A DNA stretch of 32,000 nucleotides. Origin: Nitrosococcus oceani ATCC 19707. GTDB lineage: Bacteria > Pseudomonadota > Gammaproteobacteria > Nitrosococcales > Nitrosococcaceae. Positions 18,342 through 28,415 of this stretch are shown piece after piece. The stretch is from positions 3,300,001-3,332,000 of the forward strand of contig NC_007484.1 of the NCBI RefSeq assembly GCF_000012805.1. The letters run 5' to 3'. Made by a program: the position numbers and the translations under genes. The notes beneath the pieces were generated by a model. It saw only the letters and a program-made list of their open reading frames with translations. It was not told the DNA's origin and did not search any database. Position 1 is the stretch's first letter, and each line of letters starts with the position of its first letter.

Positions 18342-18378
18342 CTCAGGCTTACCTCCTTTTAGAGAATTATTGTCATAT

Positions 18379-18397
18379 AAATATGATAATCATTCTC
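18379..18397. promoter_or_regulatory. Fur box 1
   Basis: AAATATGATAATCATTCTC matches 15 of 19 positions of GATAATGATAATCATTATC. Lies in the divergent hemS / 18575 intergenic region. Confidence 0.65.
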
Positions 18398-18430
18398 ATT
18401 TAAGAGATCAATGAATATTTATTAAGCTAA

Positions 18431-18449
18431 AATAATGATAACGATTTGC
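18431..18449. promoter_or_regulatory. Fur box 2 (weaker)
   Basis: AATAATGATAACGATTTGC matches 13 of 19 positions of the consensus. Confidence 0.45.
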
Positions 18450-18574
18450 ATTTGTTCTCAAATTGACTAGGATCCCTAAGTAAGCGGTAAAATAAAGGCC
18501 GAAATTAAAGGGACAGGCCCGCCGCGCACGCAAGAAAAGGCCAGCAATCTGAATTCAATCGAAGGAATACTACA

Positions 18575-19222
18575 ATGCGCTTTTTCGTTAATGGGGAACA
18601 ACGCCGCAACACTTTGTTAAATACTATTATCCTGCTATTTCTAGGCTATATCGCCCTACTCTGGGTAAGCAATGGATTAATGTATTTTCATAAAATGGGT
18701 TTAACACCCAGCTCCGTCACAAACTATTACCTGGGCTCGGAAGCTGACTTCACCCAGCCCATTAGCTACCAAAGCCTGCTGGAAGTTTCCCACTTCCATC
18801 TTTTTTCCATGGGTATTCTGGTACTTACCCTGGCCCACCTTATGCTGTTTACGGAGCTGTCCACCACGCTCAAGGTCTGGCTCTCGGGTCTGACTTTCTT
18901 TGCGGCGGTCGCCAACGAAGCTGGCGGCTGGCTGGTGCGCTTTGTCCATCCGGCATTTGCCTATTTCAAAATCGGCACTTTCCTGCTGTTAGAAGCCAGC
19001 CTGGCCGCTCTACTCATCTTCGTAAGCGCCTCACTCATCCAAGCGAGAGGCCGTTCACGTACCGGCCGGTCTGCTCCAATAAAACGGGGAGAGAGCTATG
19101 CGCCCCAGATGCAAATGTCAACCCGGCATGAAAATAACCAAGCGGACAGGCCGGCCTTTGATAGCAACTCTGACAATCCCCCGGTACAGGGACCCTCTCG
19201 CTCCTTAATAAAAGAAAGTTAA
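18575..19222 (+). CDS. Hypothetical polytopic membrane protein (about 4 TM helices, basic/polar C-terminal tail)
   Basis: 215-aa ORF divergent from hemS. Conserved-looking His pair (SHFHLFSMG). No family recognised. Confidence 0.6.
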   Translation: MRFFVNGEQRRNTLLNTIILLFLGYIALLWVSNGLMYFHKMGLTPSSVTNYYLGSEADFTQPISYQSLLEVSHFHLFSMGILVLTLAHLMLFTELSTTLKVWLSGLTFFAAVANEAGGWLVRFVHPAFAYFKIGTFLLLEASLAALLIFVSASLIQARGRSRTGRSAPIKRGESYAPQMQMSTRHENNQADRPAFDSNSDNPPVQGPSRSLIKES

Positions 19223-19429
19223 GCGCACTCAGAAGGTATAGGAGTAACCTCCTGCCCTCTGGGCAGTCATAAGCTCACCGGCAAAGGTTTTGAGAGATGA
19301 GAACGAGAGGCCGGAGGGGCGAGAATACCCTCAGGGGAAAACCAGGAGAGCGGGAATTAAACCCTTTTTCAAGGAGGAGAAACAGGTTTGGGGAATACCT
19401 CACCCGCCCCACACCACTTCAAATTTTAT

Positions 19430-20341
19430 TTATAAATACTCAAGCTGTTCCCGCGTTAGCAGAAACACGCCGTGGCCACCCCGCTCAAATTCCAGCCATA
19501 AAAAAGGCACCTGGGGCAGGTGTTCGATCAGCGCCGCTTCACTATTGCCCACCTCAACGATAAGAATTCCTTTTTCATTTAGATGCTCGGGAGCTTGCCG
19601 CAAAATTTGCAGGACGATGCTTAACCCATCCTCCTCGGCCTCCAGAGCCTGCCGAGGTTCATGATGGTATTCCCTCGCCAAGGCGGCCAGCTCCGTCTGA
19701 CCTACATAGGGGGGATTACTGACAATGAGATCATAGCGCCGCCCCCCGAGTTTCTGGAAAAGAGAGGAAGAGAAGGCATGGACCTGGGCTTCAAGACCAT
19801 GGCGCTCGATATTCATGCGCGCTACCGCTAGCGCTTCTTCGCTGATATCGGTGGCATCTACTTGCGCTTCGGGGAAAGCATGGGCGGCGGCAATAGCGAT
19901 GCAACCACTGCCCGTGCATAGATCGAGCAGAGAATGAATGCTTTCGGGGAAAGCAAAAGGCGCAAAGCGTTGAGCAATGAGTTCAGCCAGGGGCGAGCGG
20001 GGAATTAAAACCCGCTCATCCACATAAAAGCTCAGTCCGGCAAACCAGGCTTCGCGGGTAAGATAAGGGACCGGAATCCGCTCTCGAATCCGACGCTCCA
20101 GCAAGGCCAATACTTTATGTTTTTCTACTTCAGTCAGGTGGGCGCCAAAAAGCTCCGGCGGCAGATCCCGAGGGGGTAGATGAAGGGTATGAAGAATCAA
20201 GGCGGTGGCCTCGTCAATGGCATTGTCGGTGCCATGGCCAAAAAAAAGCCCCGCCTCGTTAAAGCGGCTAGCACCCCAGCGGATAAAATCCCGCAAGGTA
20301 TGTAATTGATCCGGTAACGATTGCTCCAAAGGGGCGTTCAC
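19430..20341 (-). CDS. prmB: Ribosomal protein L3 N5-glutamine methyltransferase
   Basis: 303-aa ORF. TLRD.IRW..SRF..A.L.FGHGTDNA.DEA and the SNPPY motif. Confidence 0.88.
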   Translation of the reverse strand: MNAPLEQSLPDQLHTLRDFIRWGASRFNEAGLFFGHGTDNAIDEATALILHTLHLPPRDLPPELFGAHLTEVEKHKVLALLERRIRERIPVPYLTREAWFAGLSFYVDERVLIPRSPLAELIAQRFAPFAFPESIHSLLDLCTGSGCIAIAAAHAFPEAQVDATDISEEALAVARMNIERHGLEAQVHAFSSSLFQKLGGRRYDLIVSNPPYVGQTELAALAREYHHEPRQALEAEEDGLSIVLQILRQAPEHLNEKGILIVEVGNSEAALIEHLPQVPFLWLEFERGGHGVFLLTREQLEYL

Positions 20342-20346
20342 TGCAT

Positions 20347-21756
20347 TTAGTGGTTAAGGGTGGAGACATCCGTAAAATGGCCGGCAACAGCCGCCGCCGC
20401 GGCCATGGCCGGGCTCACCAGATGAGTCCGGCCCCCTTGCCCTTGACGGCCTTCAAAATTACGGTTAGAGGTGGAAGCGCATCGCTCTTCTGGCTCCAGG
20501 CGGTCGGCATTCATGGCCAAGCACATGGAGCAGCCAGGTTCCCGCCATTCAAAGCCCGCCTCTTTAAAAATCTGATCCAAACCCTCGGTTTCGGCCTGGC
20601 GTTTTACCAGCCCGGAGCCGGGAACCACCAGCGCCTGCTTGATATTGCCGGCCACCTTATGGCCCGCCACCACCTTGGCGGCTTCTCGCAGGTCCTCAAT
20701 CCGTGCATTGGTGCAGGAGCCAATAAAGATGATATCGGGCCGAATCTCACTGATAGGGGTATTGGCGGCAAGCCCCATATATTCCAACGCCCTTTCCATG
20801 CCGCCCCGCTTAGTGGGATCGGATTCTTGCCGGGGATCAGGCACCCGGCCATCAATGGAGGCCACCATCTCGGGGGAGGTGCCCCAACTCACTTGGGGTT
20901 TAAGCGCGGCGGCATCAATGGTAACCACCCGATCAAAAGAGGCATCCGGATCGCTTTGCAGCATCTGCCAGGCATTAACGGCCTGCCCCCAGCTATGGGG
21001 AGAGGGAGCAAAAGGCCGCCCCTTAAGATAATCAATAGTCGTCTCATCTACCGCCACCAAACCGGCTCGGGCTCCAGCCTCGATAGCCATATTGCAGAGA
21101 GTCATGCGCCCTTCCATGGAAAGAGCGCGAATGGTCTCGCCAGCAAATTCAATGGTGTAACCGGTACCGCCAGCAGTGCCAATACGGGCAATAATGGCCA
21201 AAATGAGATCCTTGCTATACACCCCGGGGGCCAGCTTGCCACTGACCTGAATCAGCATATTTTTCGATTTTTTCTGGAGCAGGCATTGGGTGGCCAGCAC
21301 ATGCTCCACTTCAGAGGTGCCAATGCCAAAGGCAAGGGCGCCAAAGGCACCATGGGTGGCGGTGTGGGAGTCACCACAAACCACTGTCATGCCCGGCAAG
21401 GTGGCCCCCTGTTCCGGGCCAACGATGTGAACGATACCCTGACGGGGATCATCCATCCTAAATTCAGTCAGACCCAGTTCCTGGCAATTCCGGTCCAAGG
21501 CTTCCACTTGAATGCGGGAAATGGGGTCTTGAATGCCCTGGCTGCGGTCGGTAGTGGGTACATTATGATCCGGCACCGCCAGATTGGCCCCTTTCCGCCA
21601 AGGCTTGCGGCCCGCAAGGCGCAGTCCCTCAAAAGCTTGCGGAGAGGTGACCTCATGAACCAGATGCCGATCGATATAGAGCAATGCAGTACCGCCTGGA
21701 TTAGTACGCACTACGTGGGAATTCCAAAGTTTGTCATACAGGGTTTTTCCGGCCAT
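20347..21756 (-). CDS. leuC: 3-isopropylmalate dehydratase large subunit
   Basis: 469-aa [16 protein letters not shown].......[18 protein letters not shown], aconitase-family Cys ligand motifs (GSCTN, CSMC). Confidence 0.95.
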   Translation of the reverse strand: MAGKTLYDKLWNSHVVRTNPGGTALLYIDRHLVHEVTSPQAFEGLRLAGRKPWRKGANLAVPDHNVPTTDRSQGIQDPISRIQVEALDRNCQELGLTEFRMDDPRQGIVHIVGPEQGATLPGMTVVCGDSHTATHGAFGALAFGIGTSEVEHVLATQCLLQKKSKNMLIQVSGKLAPGVYSKDLILAIIARIGTAGGTGYTIEFAGETIRALSMEGRMTLCNMAIEAGARAGLVAVDETTIDYLKGRPFAPSPHSWGQAVNAWQMLQSDPDASFDRVVTIDAAALKPQVSWGTSPEMVASIDGRVPDPRQESDPTKRGGMERALEYMGLAANTPISEIRPDIIFIGSCTNARIEDLREAAKVVAGHKVAGNIKQALVVPGSGLVKRQAETEGLDQIFKEAGFEWREPGCSMCLAMNADRLEPEERCASTSNRNFEGRQGQGGRTHLVSPAMAAAAAVAGHFTDVSTLNH

Positions 21757-21892
21757 CGTTACTTTTTTACCTCTCTAAATCCGATCGCCGGTGCTGGAAT
21801 TTAGAACCGGCATTGTATTGCTTCAATTTTACGCATTTTTCCCGGCTTGCGCCTCTTTCAGTGATAGTAAGACCCGCCCGGAGAGAAAGGGT

Positions 21893-24800
21893 TTATTCGG
21901 AAATACCCGATAAACGGCGAACAGGGGCTTGCCCGGCATCTGCGGCGACTTCGGGCTCCGAGGCAATATCCTCTTCCGGGGATGGTTTAAACCAGAGCAA
22001 CGTACGCTCATAAATGGAGAGCAAGGCGGGAATAACCAATAGCACCAGCACGGTAGAAAACATCAAACCAAAAGAAATGGAGACCGCCATGGGGATCAAA
22101 AACTGAGCCTGGAAAGAGCGCTCAAAGAGTAAAGGCGTCAAACCAGCAATGGTGGTCAAGGAAGTCAACAAAACAGCCCGCAGACGTTGGCAGGCCGCTT
22201 CCACCAAGGCGATGTCACAGGGATGACCCTGTTCCCGGAGTTGCTTGTAAAAGGTGACTAAAATAATAGAATCATTCACCACGATACCGGAAAGACCGAA
22301 GAAACCAAACAAGGACAAAATCGTGAGATCGATCCCCATGACATAATGGCCCAGAATAGCCCCAATCAAACCGAAGGGAATGGCAGCCATAACCACTAAA
22401 GGCCAGCCGTAGGAAGAAAACACCCCAGCCAGAATTAAATAGATCATGGCCAGCGCCAACAACAGCCCATGCTGCATATCGCCGAGGGTATCCCGCTGTT
22501 CCTCGGCCCGGCCCTCAAACAGGGTTTGAATTCCATAGCGGGTGCGGAGCTCCGGCAAAAAACTATGTTCTAGTCCAGCGAGAATGCGGTTGCTGTTGTT
22601 GACTTTCCGATCCACATTCCCGGAGACATGAACTGCCAGCTTACCCTGGGTATGACGCAGGACATCAAATCCCCGCCGGGACTCTAAATCGACTACCGTA
22701 TCCAAGGGCGCGATACCGCCATTGGGAAGCTGGATAGCCAGGTGGGTGAGACTGGCCAGACGATAGCGTTCATTGTCGGGCAGGAGCACCCGCACCTCAA
22801 TTTCATCTCCCCCGTCCTGAAATATCTGCACCAGCCGGCCTTCATAGGCCGCCCGGAGTTGCCTGCCCACGGCCTCTACCGTAAGTTCCAGGGACTGGCC
22901 TTCTGGAGTCAAACGGTAAATGAGTTGCTCTTGGCCGTAAGGCAGATCATCTTCCACCGCGGAGACGCCGGGGATCTTGCTTAAGGCCTCCGCCAATTCT
23001 ACCGCCGCCCCTTTCAAGGCCCGTTCATCTTCCCCTAGTAAGACAATATCTAAATCTTGGCCGGGTGGTCCCGTCTGCCGTTCGGACAGCGTAAAACTCT
23101 CAATACCGGGCGGCAGTTTGATCCGCTCTTGCCAGGCTTGGATAAAAGCTTGATTCCGCACTTCGCGCCGGTCGGGGGAAACGAGCTCCACGGTAATGGA
23201 GCCAAAGCGATCCCCATTACGGGCGGCCCGGCCCCCGGCGGTGGTCGCTGAACCCAGCTTTACAATGGAAGCCACAATCAAGTCTTGCCCGAAAGCCGCC
23301 TCCGTATCATAGAGCGTCCGTTCCAGCTCCATAATAAAAGCCGCAACTCTTTGAGGCGGGGTGCCGGGCGCAAAACTGGTATTAGCATAAACGACTTTAC
23401 CTTCGGGAGAGGGAAAGAAAGTAAAACTGATGCGCCCCCCAAGCAACAGACCCAAAACTACCAGCAACAGCCCCAAGGCCGCGCTCACGGTAATCCACCG
23501 GTTCTGAATCGCAAACAGAGCCAGGGGCCGGAAAATCCGCTTCCGGAAACGGTCAAAAACCTGATTCAGCCGCAAACGAACCTTGCCTTCCCGGCCAATT
23601 TTCATTTTCTCGAAGCTATACCGCAGGTGGCCAGGCAACACGAGAAAACTTTCAACCAAAGAGGCCAGAATGACGCAGATCACCACCAGGGGGATATCGA
23701 ATAGAATGTTACCGGTCACATCGCCTATGAGCATCAAGGGGAGAAAAGCGGCAACGGTGGTTAAGGATGAGGCGAGAACCGGCAGGAGCATATGGCGGGC
23801 ACCGCCCTCGGCCGCCGCCAATGGGGATAGCCCCTGCTGATGCTGGGCGAGGGCATCTTCACCCACCACGATGGCATCATCAACGATGATTCCAAGGGCC
23901 ATGATCAAGGCGAACAAGCTGATCATGTTGATGCTGCCACCCGCAACCCAGAGAACTGCCAGGGTCGCCAGGAAAGAGACGGGAATCCCGATGGCTACCC
24001 AAATGGCGACCCGGCCGCTGAGAAATAGAAAAAGGATACCGACTACCAAGACTAAACCGCCGCCGCCATTTTTGAGCAGCAACCCGATACGTTCCTTCAC
24101 CAATTCCCAGGATTGATCGAAGAGGTGTAGCTTAATGCCTTCTGGTAAAGTGGGACGCACGGCTTGCAACCATTGGATTAAAATCTCGGCGCCTTGGAGC
24201 GAGTCTCCGGATTCAGTGCGCTTTAGTTGCAGCTCCACCGCTGGTTTTCCTTGATAAAACAACCGGGTCTCTCCATCCCGATCCCGGCGCTCAATCGTGG
24301 CCACATCACCCAAACGAATCAGACGGCCATCACTCTGCGCTGTTAGCGGTATATCGGCAAACGCCCGGCTATCCCGCCGCTGGTCTAGGCTACGTAGCTG
24401 ACGGGCCACATCATCGCGACCAATGGTGCCCGCCGGCAGATCCCGGCTGATATCCGCCACCCGATTAGCCACTTGCCCCAAGGACATTTCCAGCTCCCGC
24501 AGGTTCCCTACCGGTATCTGGATAGCGATCTCTTGCTGGGGAAGTCCAGCAATATCCACCTTAGCAATTCCCCGATTAAGCAAGTCCCTCTCAAACTTAT
24601 GCACCAATCGCCGCAGTTCCTGGGGATCTTCAGGACCCGTGACCAGCACCCGGGCGATATTTTCATAGCGCGACACCAAGCGGATCTCGGGGGTCTCCGA
24701 ATCAAGGGGCAACTCCCGGATTTGGCCTATTCGCTCTTTGACCTTATCCAGGGCAATCCCCATATCGGTGCCTTCATAATATTCCAAGGTCAGGGTAGCT

Positions 24801-25084
24801 AAGCCGTAAGCTGAAGTTGAATCGAGTTTTTTAAGGTCATCCAAAGCTCGAAGCTCTTCCTCAAGGCGCTCGGTGATAGAGCGGGAAACGTCTTCGGCGC
24901 TTGCACCGCGCCAAACCACACTCACGGTGATGATATCCAGGGCAAAATTGGGAAAAAACTGCCGATTAAGCTGAGAAAGCGCCCAGGTTCCAGAAAGGAT
25001 CATGATCACCATCAACAGGTTGGCCGCCACCCGATGCCGGACAAACAGCCCCATCAACCCCCCTGGGGACGGCGGAGTACTCAC
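21893..25084 (-). CDS. RND efflux transporter permease (AcrB/HAE family)
   Basis: 1063-aa ORF with 12-TM/2-loop RND architecture. Overlaps the adaptor gene stop (GTGA). The Met at 25054 is an alternative start. Confidence 0.9.
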   Translation of the reverse strand: MSTPPSPGGLMGLFVRHRVAANLLMVIMILSGTWALSQLNRQFFPNFALDIITVSVVWRGASAEDVSRSITERLEEELRALDDLKKLDSTSAYGLATLTLEYYEGTDMGIALDKVKERIGQIRELPLDSETPEIRLVSRYENIARVLVTGPEDPQELRRLVHKFERDLLNRGIAKVDIAGLPQQEIAIQIPVGNLRELEMSLGQVANRVADISRDLPAGTIGRDDVARQLRSLDQRRDSRAFADIPLTAQSDGRLIRLGDVATIERRDRDGETRLFYQGKPAVELQLKRTESGDSLQGAEILIQWLQAVRPTLPEGIKLHLFDQSWELVKERIGLLLKNGGGGLVLVVGILFLFLSGRVAIWVAIGIPVSFLATLAVLWVAGGSINMISLFALIMALGIIVDDAIVVGEDALAQHQQGLSPLAAAEGGARHMLLPVLASSLTTVAAFLPLMLIGDVTGNILFDIPLVVICVILASLVESFLVLPGHLRYSFEKMKIGREGKVRLRLNQVFDRFRKRIFRPLALFAIQNRWITVSAALGLLLVVLGLLLGGRISFTFFPSPEGKVVYANTSFAPGTPPQRVAAFIMELERTLYDTEAAFGQDLIVASIVKLGSATTAGGRAARNGDRFGSITVELVSPDRREVRNQAFIQAWQERIKLPPGIESFTLSERQTGPPGQDLDIVLLGEDERALKGAAVELAEALSKIPGVSAVEDDLPYGQEQLIYRLTPEGQSLELTVEAVGRQLRAAYEGRLVQIFQDGGDEIEVRVLLPDNERYRLASLTHLAIQLPNGGIAPLDTVVDLESRRGFDVLRHTQGKLAVHVSGNVDRKVNNSNRILAGLEHSFLPELRTRYGIQTLFEGRAEEQRDTLGDMQHGLLLALAMIYLILAGVFSSYGWPLVVMAAIPFGLIGAILGHYVMGIDLTILSLFGFFGLSGIVVNDSIILVTFYKQLREQGHPCDIALVEAACQRLRAVLLTSLTTIAGLTPLLFERSFQAQFLIPMAVSISFGLMFSTVLVLLVIPALLSIYERTLLWFKPSPEEDIASEPEVAADAGQAPVRRLSGISE

Positions 25085-26337
25085 GAGTCTGCGACGACCT
25101 CTACCCGCAACCCTTCCATGGCATTGGGAAGCTGGGTGGTGATAACTTGATCGTTTTCTTGCAGTTGGGGGCTTTTCACGAGCACCTGAATTTGTCCCTC
25201 CTTATCCGGATACTCGCCAATTCGCTCCACTGCAACGGCCTGCATCCGTCCCCCCACCAGCTTATAAACCCGATCCAGACCGTAGATGGCCTCAAAGGGC
25301 AGCATTACTACGTCTTCCGCCAGCGGTAGTTGTAATCGCAACTCGACAAAATTACCAAGGGGCAAGGCAGCATGTTCTGGCTTCTCTAGTTTAAGCAACG
25401 CATCAACGCCGCCGCTGCCTTTCTCCACCCGCCCCGCCAGCCGATCAAGGGAAAAGAGAAAACCGCTTCCATCCACCTTGGCAGCGGCCCGTAGCGATAC
25501 ATTTTGCGCTAATGCCTTACGAATTTGACCGGCATAGCTGGAAGGAATTTGCGCCCGGACCTCTAAAGCATCGGTATCATAAATCTGAAGCAATTCATCA
25601 CCGGCCTGTACCCGATCCCCCGTGGCAATAGCAACTGATGCAATCCGGCCCGTATAAGGAGATGTAATTCGAGTCCGTTCCAGATCCAGCTTGGCCTGAT
25701 CCAACAGCGCCTGGGCTCGAAGTTGTCGGGCTTTGAGTTGCGCCAAACGGGCCTGGTGATCATCAATCGCAAGTAGGCGGTTATTGAGCTCCAAGGCTTG
25801 CCGCCCGGCGGCCTGCCGTGCTTCATCCAAGACTGAGCGGGGAGTGAGCTTGCGCTGCTCTAGGGTTTCGGCCCGCTCCACCGCCCGGCGACTCAAGGCC
25901 AATAAGGATTTCTCATGCTTTAGCGCCTTCAAATCATGGGCATGCCGAACTTTCTCGCTCGCAATAAACGCTTCAATCTCTTTTAAATCCGCCTGACGCT
26001 GTAGCCACTCCAGCTTAACTTCCTGCTCATCGAGCTGGACCAGCAATTGACCACGGCCCACGAGCTCCCCCTCTTCTACCTTGACTTCCTGAACATCCGC
26101 CGTGATGGCGGCCCGAAGCTTGCTTGAACGGGGGGTTTCGATACGGCCATAAAGGGGAAGTATGGGCCGTCTTGGACGGGGATCGACTGGCGTGACCGCC
26201 ACCCGCCATACGGTTTCTTTCTTGCTCACCTCAGGCTTGGTCGGCCTGCTTTGAAACAAGCCCACAAAGATGGCCACGGAAACAAACAGAATAATGAAGG
26301 GGGATACTATTTTTACAACCTTACCTCTGGCCGGCAT
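25081..26337 (-). CDS. RND efflux periplasmic adaptor (HlyD/MFP family)
   Basis: 418-aa ORF. N-terminal TM anchor, long coiled-coil hairpin (LEWLQRQADLKEIEA...LAQLKARQLRAQALLDQAKLDLERT), lipoyl and beta-barrel segments. Confidence 0.85.
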   Translation of the reverse strand: MPARGKVVKIVSPFIILFVSVAIFVGLFQSRPTKPEVSKKETVWRVAVTPVDPRPRRPILPLYGRIETPRSSKLRAAITADVQEVKVEEGELVGRGQLLVQLDEQEVKLEWLQRQADLKEIEAFIASEKVRHAHDLKALKHEKSLLALSRRAVERAETLEQRKLTPRSVLDEARQAAGRQALELNNRLLAIDDHQARLAQLKARQLRAQALLDQAKLDLERTRITSPYTGRIASVAIATGDRVQAGDELLQIYDTDALEVRAQIPSSYAGQIRKALAQNVSLRAAAKVDGSGFLFSLDRLAGRVEKGSGGVDALLKLEKPEHAALPLGNFVELRLQLPLAEDVVMLPFEAIYGLDRVYKLVGGRMQAVAVERIGEYPDKEGQIQVLVKSPQLQENDQVITTQLPNAMEGLRVEVVADS

Positions 26338-26547
26338 AGAACTTCCTTAACTCTCTCTGGACACCAGGAGCTCCTAGAACTTTACTCCATAGAAAACAAA
26401 TACCGTCACTGCTTTAGCAAGTTAAAGGACATTAGCGTATGAAGGAGTTTCTTACCGGATTTTTTGGTAAGAAGACTTTGTTCTGCTGGTTAGACTGCCC
26501 GCAGGCAGCAGAGTTTTTCTCTCTTAAGCGGCCAGAAGCAAGCTGGT

Positions 26548-26763
26548 TTAGGCTGCCCGTTTACCACTGCGCCTGGGAAGCTTTTTGCCAGTCTTAGAGA
26601 CTTTAGGGAGTTGTGGTTCCTTGGAAAAAAACAGGATAAAAAGCGCCAGTGGACCAAAAAAGAATCCCAATCCCGCCCAGAATACTGGCTCGCGGCCTTT
26701 TTTTCGCGCTACGAAGTAAAGAATAATAGCGAAGGAAAAATAAAAAAGAAAAAGATATATCAT
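26548..26763 (-). CDS. Small hypothetical membrane protein (2 TM helices, basic tail)
   Basis: 71-aa ORF with strongly hydrophobic halves and a lysine/arginine tail. Co-oriented with aroC. No family recognised. Confidence 0.4.
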   Translation of the reverse strand: MIYLFLFYFSFAIILYFVARKKGREPVFWAGLGFFFGPLALFILFFSKEPQLPKVSKTGKKLPRRSGKRAA

Positions 26764-26814
26764 GGTTGCTCTAATCTCTCACAGTAGAATTTTACCAGTC
26801 CTATAGGACTAGCG

Positions 26815-27924
26815 TTAGCCGCCACCACCGGGATAAGCGGGGATGGATGGCAAACTCGGCTGAACGTCCATATTTTGGGCGCGGTGGCGCAGCAGATGGT
26901 CCATCAACACCAAGGCAGCCATGGCTTCGGCAATAGGCGTTGCCCGAATGCCAACACAAGGATCATGGCGGCCCGTGGTAACGACTTCCGCAGACTCGCC
27001 CCGGCAGTTAATGGTACGCTCGGGTAAGCGGAGGCTGGAAGTGGGTTTTAGCGCAATGCTAGCAAGAATATCCTGCCCCGTGGAAATCCCCCCCAAGACA
27101 CCGCCCGCATGGTTACTGAGGAAACCTTCCGGGGTAAGGGGGTCGCGATGGTCAGTACCCTTTTGGGTCACTGCGGCGAAACCAACACCGATTTCCACGC
27201 CCTTAACGGCGTTAATGCTCATAAGGGCATGGGCCAAATCCGCATCGAGGCGATCAAAGACCGGCTCGCCCAGACCGGGAGGGACTCCGGTAGCCACCAC
27301 GTTAATCCGGGCGCCAATGGAATCGCCTTCTTTCCGGAGAGCGTCCATATAGGCTTCAAGTTCAGATATTTTATCCGGGTCCGGGCAGAAAAAGGGATTT
27401 TTCTCCACGATTTCCCAGTCGAATCGTTCAGCCCGAATGGGGCCAAGCTGAGCCAGATACCCCCGAATTTTTACGCCATGCCGCTCTGCCAGGTATTTCT
27501 TGGCGATAGCGCCCGCAGCTACCCGCATGGCCGTCTCCCGGGCCGAGGAACGCCCCCCTCCCCGGTAATCCCGCAGGCCATATTTTTGCAAATAAGTATA
27601 GTCTGCATGGCCGGGCCGGATTTGCTCCTTGATTTTATCGTAATCCCGGGAGCGTTGATCGACATTTTCAATTAACAAACCGATGGGAGTGCCGGTGGTT
27701 TTTCCCTCGAACACCCCGGAGAGGATCTGGACCTGATCCGGTTCCCGGCGCTGGGTAGTATGACGGGATTTACCGGGCCGGCGCCGATCCAGGTCAATTT
27801 GAATATCCGTCTCGCATAAAGCCAAGCCCGGGGGGCAGCCATCTACAATACAGCCCAACGCCGGCCCGTGGCTTTCGCCAAAGGTGGTAACAGTAAAAAG
27901 TTTGCCAAGAGTATTGCCAGACAT
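26815..27924 (-). CDS. aroC: Chorismate synthase
   Basis: 369-aa [34 protein letters not shown]...RRPG.S...T.R.E.D. Confidence 0.96.
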   Translation of the reverse strand: MSGNTLGKLFTVTTFGESHGPALGCIVDGCPPGLALCETDIQIDLDRRRPGKSRHTTQRREPDQVQILSGVFEGKTTGTPIGLLIENVDQRSRDYDKIKEQIRPGHADYTYLQKYGLRDYRGGGRSSARETAMRVAAGAIAKKYLAERHGVKIRGYLAQLGPIRAERFDWEIVEKNPFFCPDPDKISELEAYMDALRKEGDSIGARINVVATGVPPGLGEPVFDRLDADLAHALMSINAVKGVEIGVGFAAVTQKGTDHRDPLTPEGFLSNHAGGVLGGISTGQDILASIALKPTSSLRLPERTINCRGESAEVVTTGRHDPCVGIRATPIAEAMAALVLMDHLLRHRAQNMDVQPSLPSIPAYPGGGG

Positions 27925-27982
27925 GGCGGTTATTGTAAGACCATTAGGCGCTGAGGGCTAGGTGCTATAGTAACTGCTCCCC

Positions 27983-28051
27983 GCCCAAGCTCAGTTGCCG
28001 CCAGAGGGGCGCCAGCGACATAGGCGGGTCAACTGCAGCAATCTATTGGGC
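27983..28051 (-). other. attC-like site 1 (terminal, degenerate)
   Basis: Minus strand GCCCAAT...CTTGGGC. Internal imperfect stem CAGTTGCCGCC / GGCGGGTCAACTG. Shares GGCGG.TCA.CTGCAGCAA with site 7. Confidence 0.5.
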
Positions 28052-28055
28052 ACCC

Positions 28056-28313
28056 TTATTTCCAGGAAAGATCGGGCTCCCGACCAGCAGCCATGCAATC
28101 TCGAAGATACAGATTGATTAAGCTTTGATCAAGAACGCGTGAGTGGTCGCTCAGTCCAAGCAGAATAAAACGCTCCTCAGACTCCGAGTGGTCCTCATCA
28201 AAAAACTGGCGCGCGTATTCGTCATAGAATACAGATTTCGCCTCTTCGAACAAGATCCCGTGCTTCTTAACGTTAGACTGCGCCTTAGCGATGCCCCATT
28301 CGAATTCGATCAT
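28056..28313 (-). CDS. BrnT/DUF497-family toxin homologue with divergent C-terminus, no brnA partner
   Basis: MIEFEWGIAKAQSNVKKHGILFEEAKSVFYDEYA....D..HS..EERF.LLG fits BrnT. The last ~24 residues do not show the expected V.V.T.R...IRIISARKA segment in any frame. Confidence 0.55.
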   Translation of the reverse strand: MIEFEWGIAKAQSNVKKHGILFEEAKSVFYDEYARQFFDEDHSESEERFILLGLSDHSRVLDQSLINLYLRDCMAAGREPDLSWK

Positions 28314-28353
28314 ACATACATTGTATGCCGATCCAGCAATAGGTCAATATGAC

Positions 28354-28415
28354 GCCCAACGACCAAGCTCAGCGACCGAAAGCTGCGGGGGGAACTCATA
28401 TACGCCTTGTTAGGC
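28354..28415 (-). other. attC-like site 2
   Basis: Minus strand GCCTAAC...GTTGGGC (62 bp). The TAA of the upstream ORF lies inside GCC-TAA-C. Confidence 0.6.

Noticed and set aside
18828-18842. CCCTGGCCCACC inside the membrane-protein gene, resembling the tRNA-Phe 3' end (CCCTGGCCACCA), as a possible island att repeat
   Set aside because: The match is only about 11 nt with an indel and lies inside a coding region far beyond unrelated backbone genes. It is most likely chance.
19223-19429. Purine-rich convergent intergenic region (GAGAGATGAGAACGAGAGGCCGGAGGGGCGAG...) as a riboswitch
   Set aside because: It lies 3' of both flanking genes, so there is nothing for it to regulate in cis. I recognise no riboswitch consensus. 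The only local structure is the short CTGCCC-tct-GGGCAG hairpin.
20350-21804. 484-aa plus-strand ORF spanning the whole leuC region
   Set aside because: It is exactly antisense to an unmistakable leuC. The protein is low-complexity (Gly/Ala/Arg/Pro-rich) with no recognisable motifs. Long antisense ORFs are a common codon-bias artefact.
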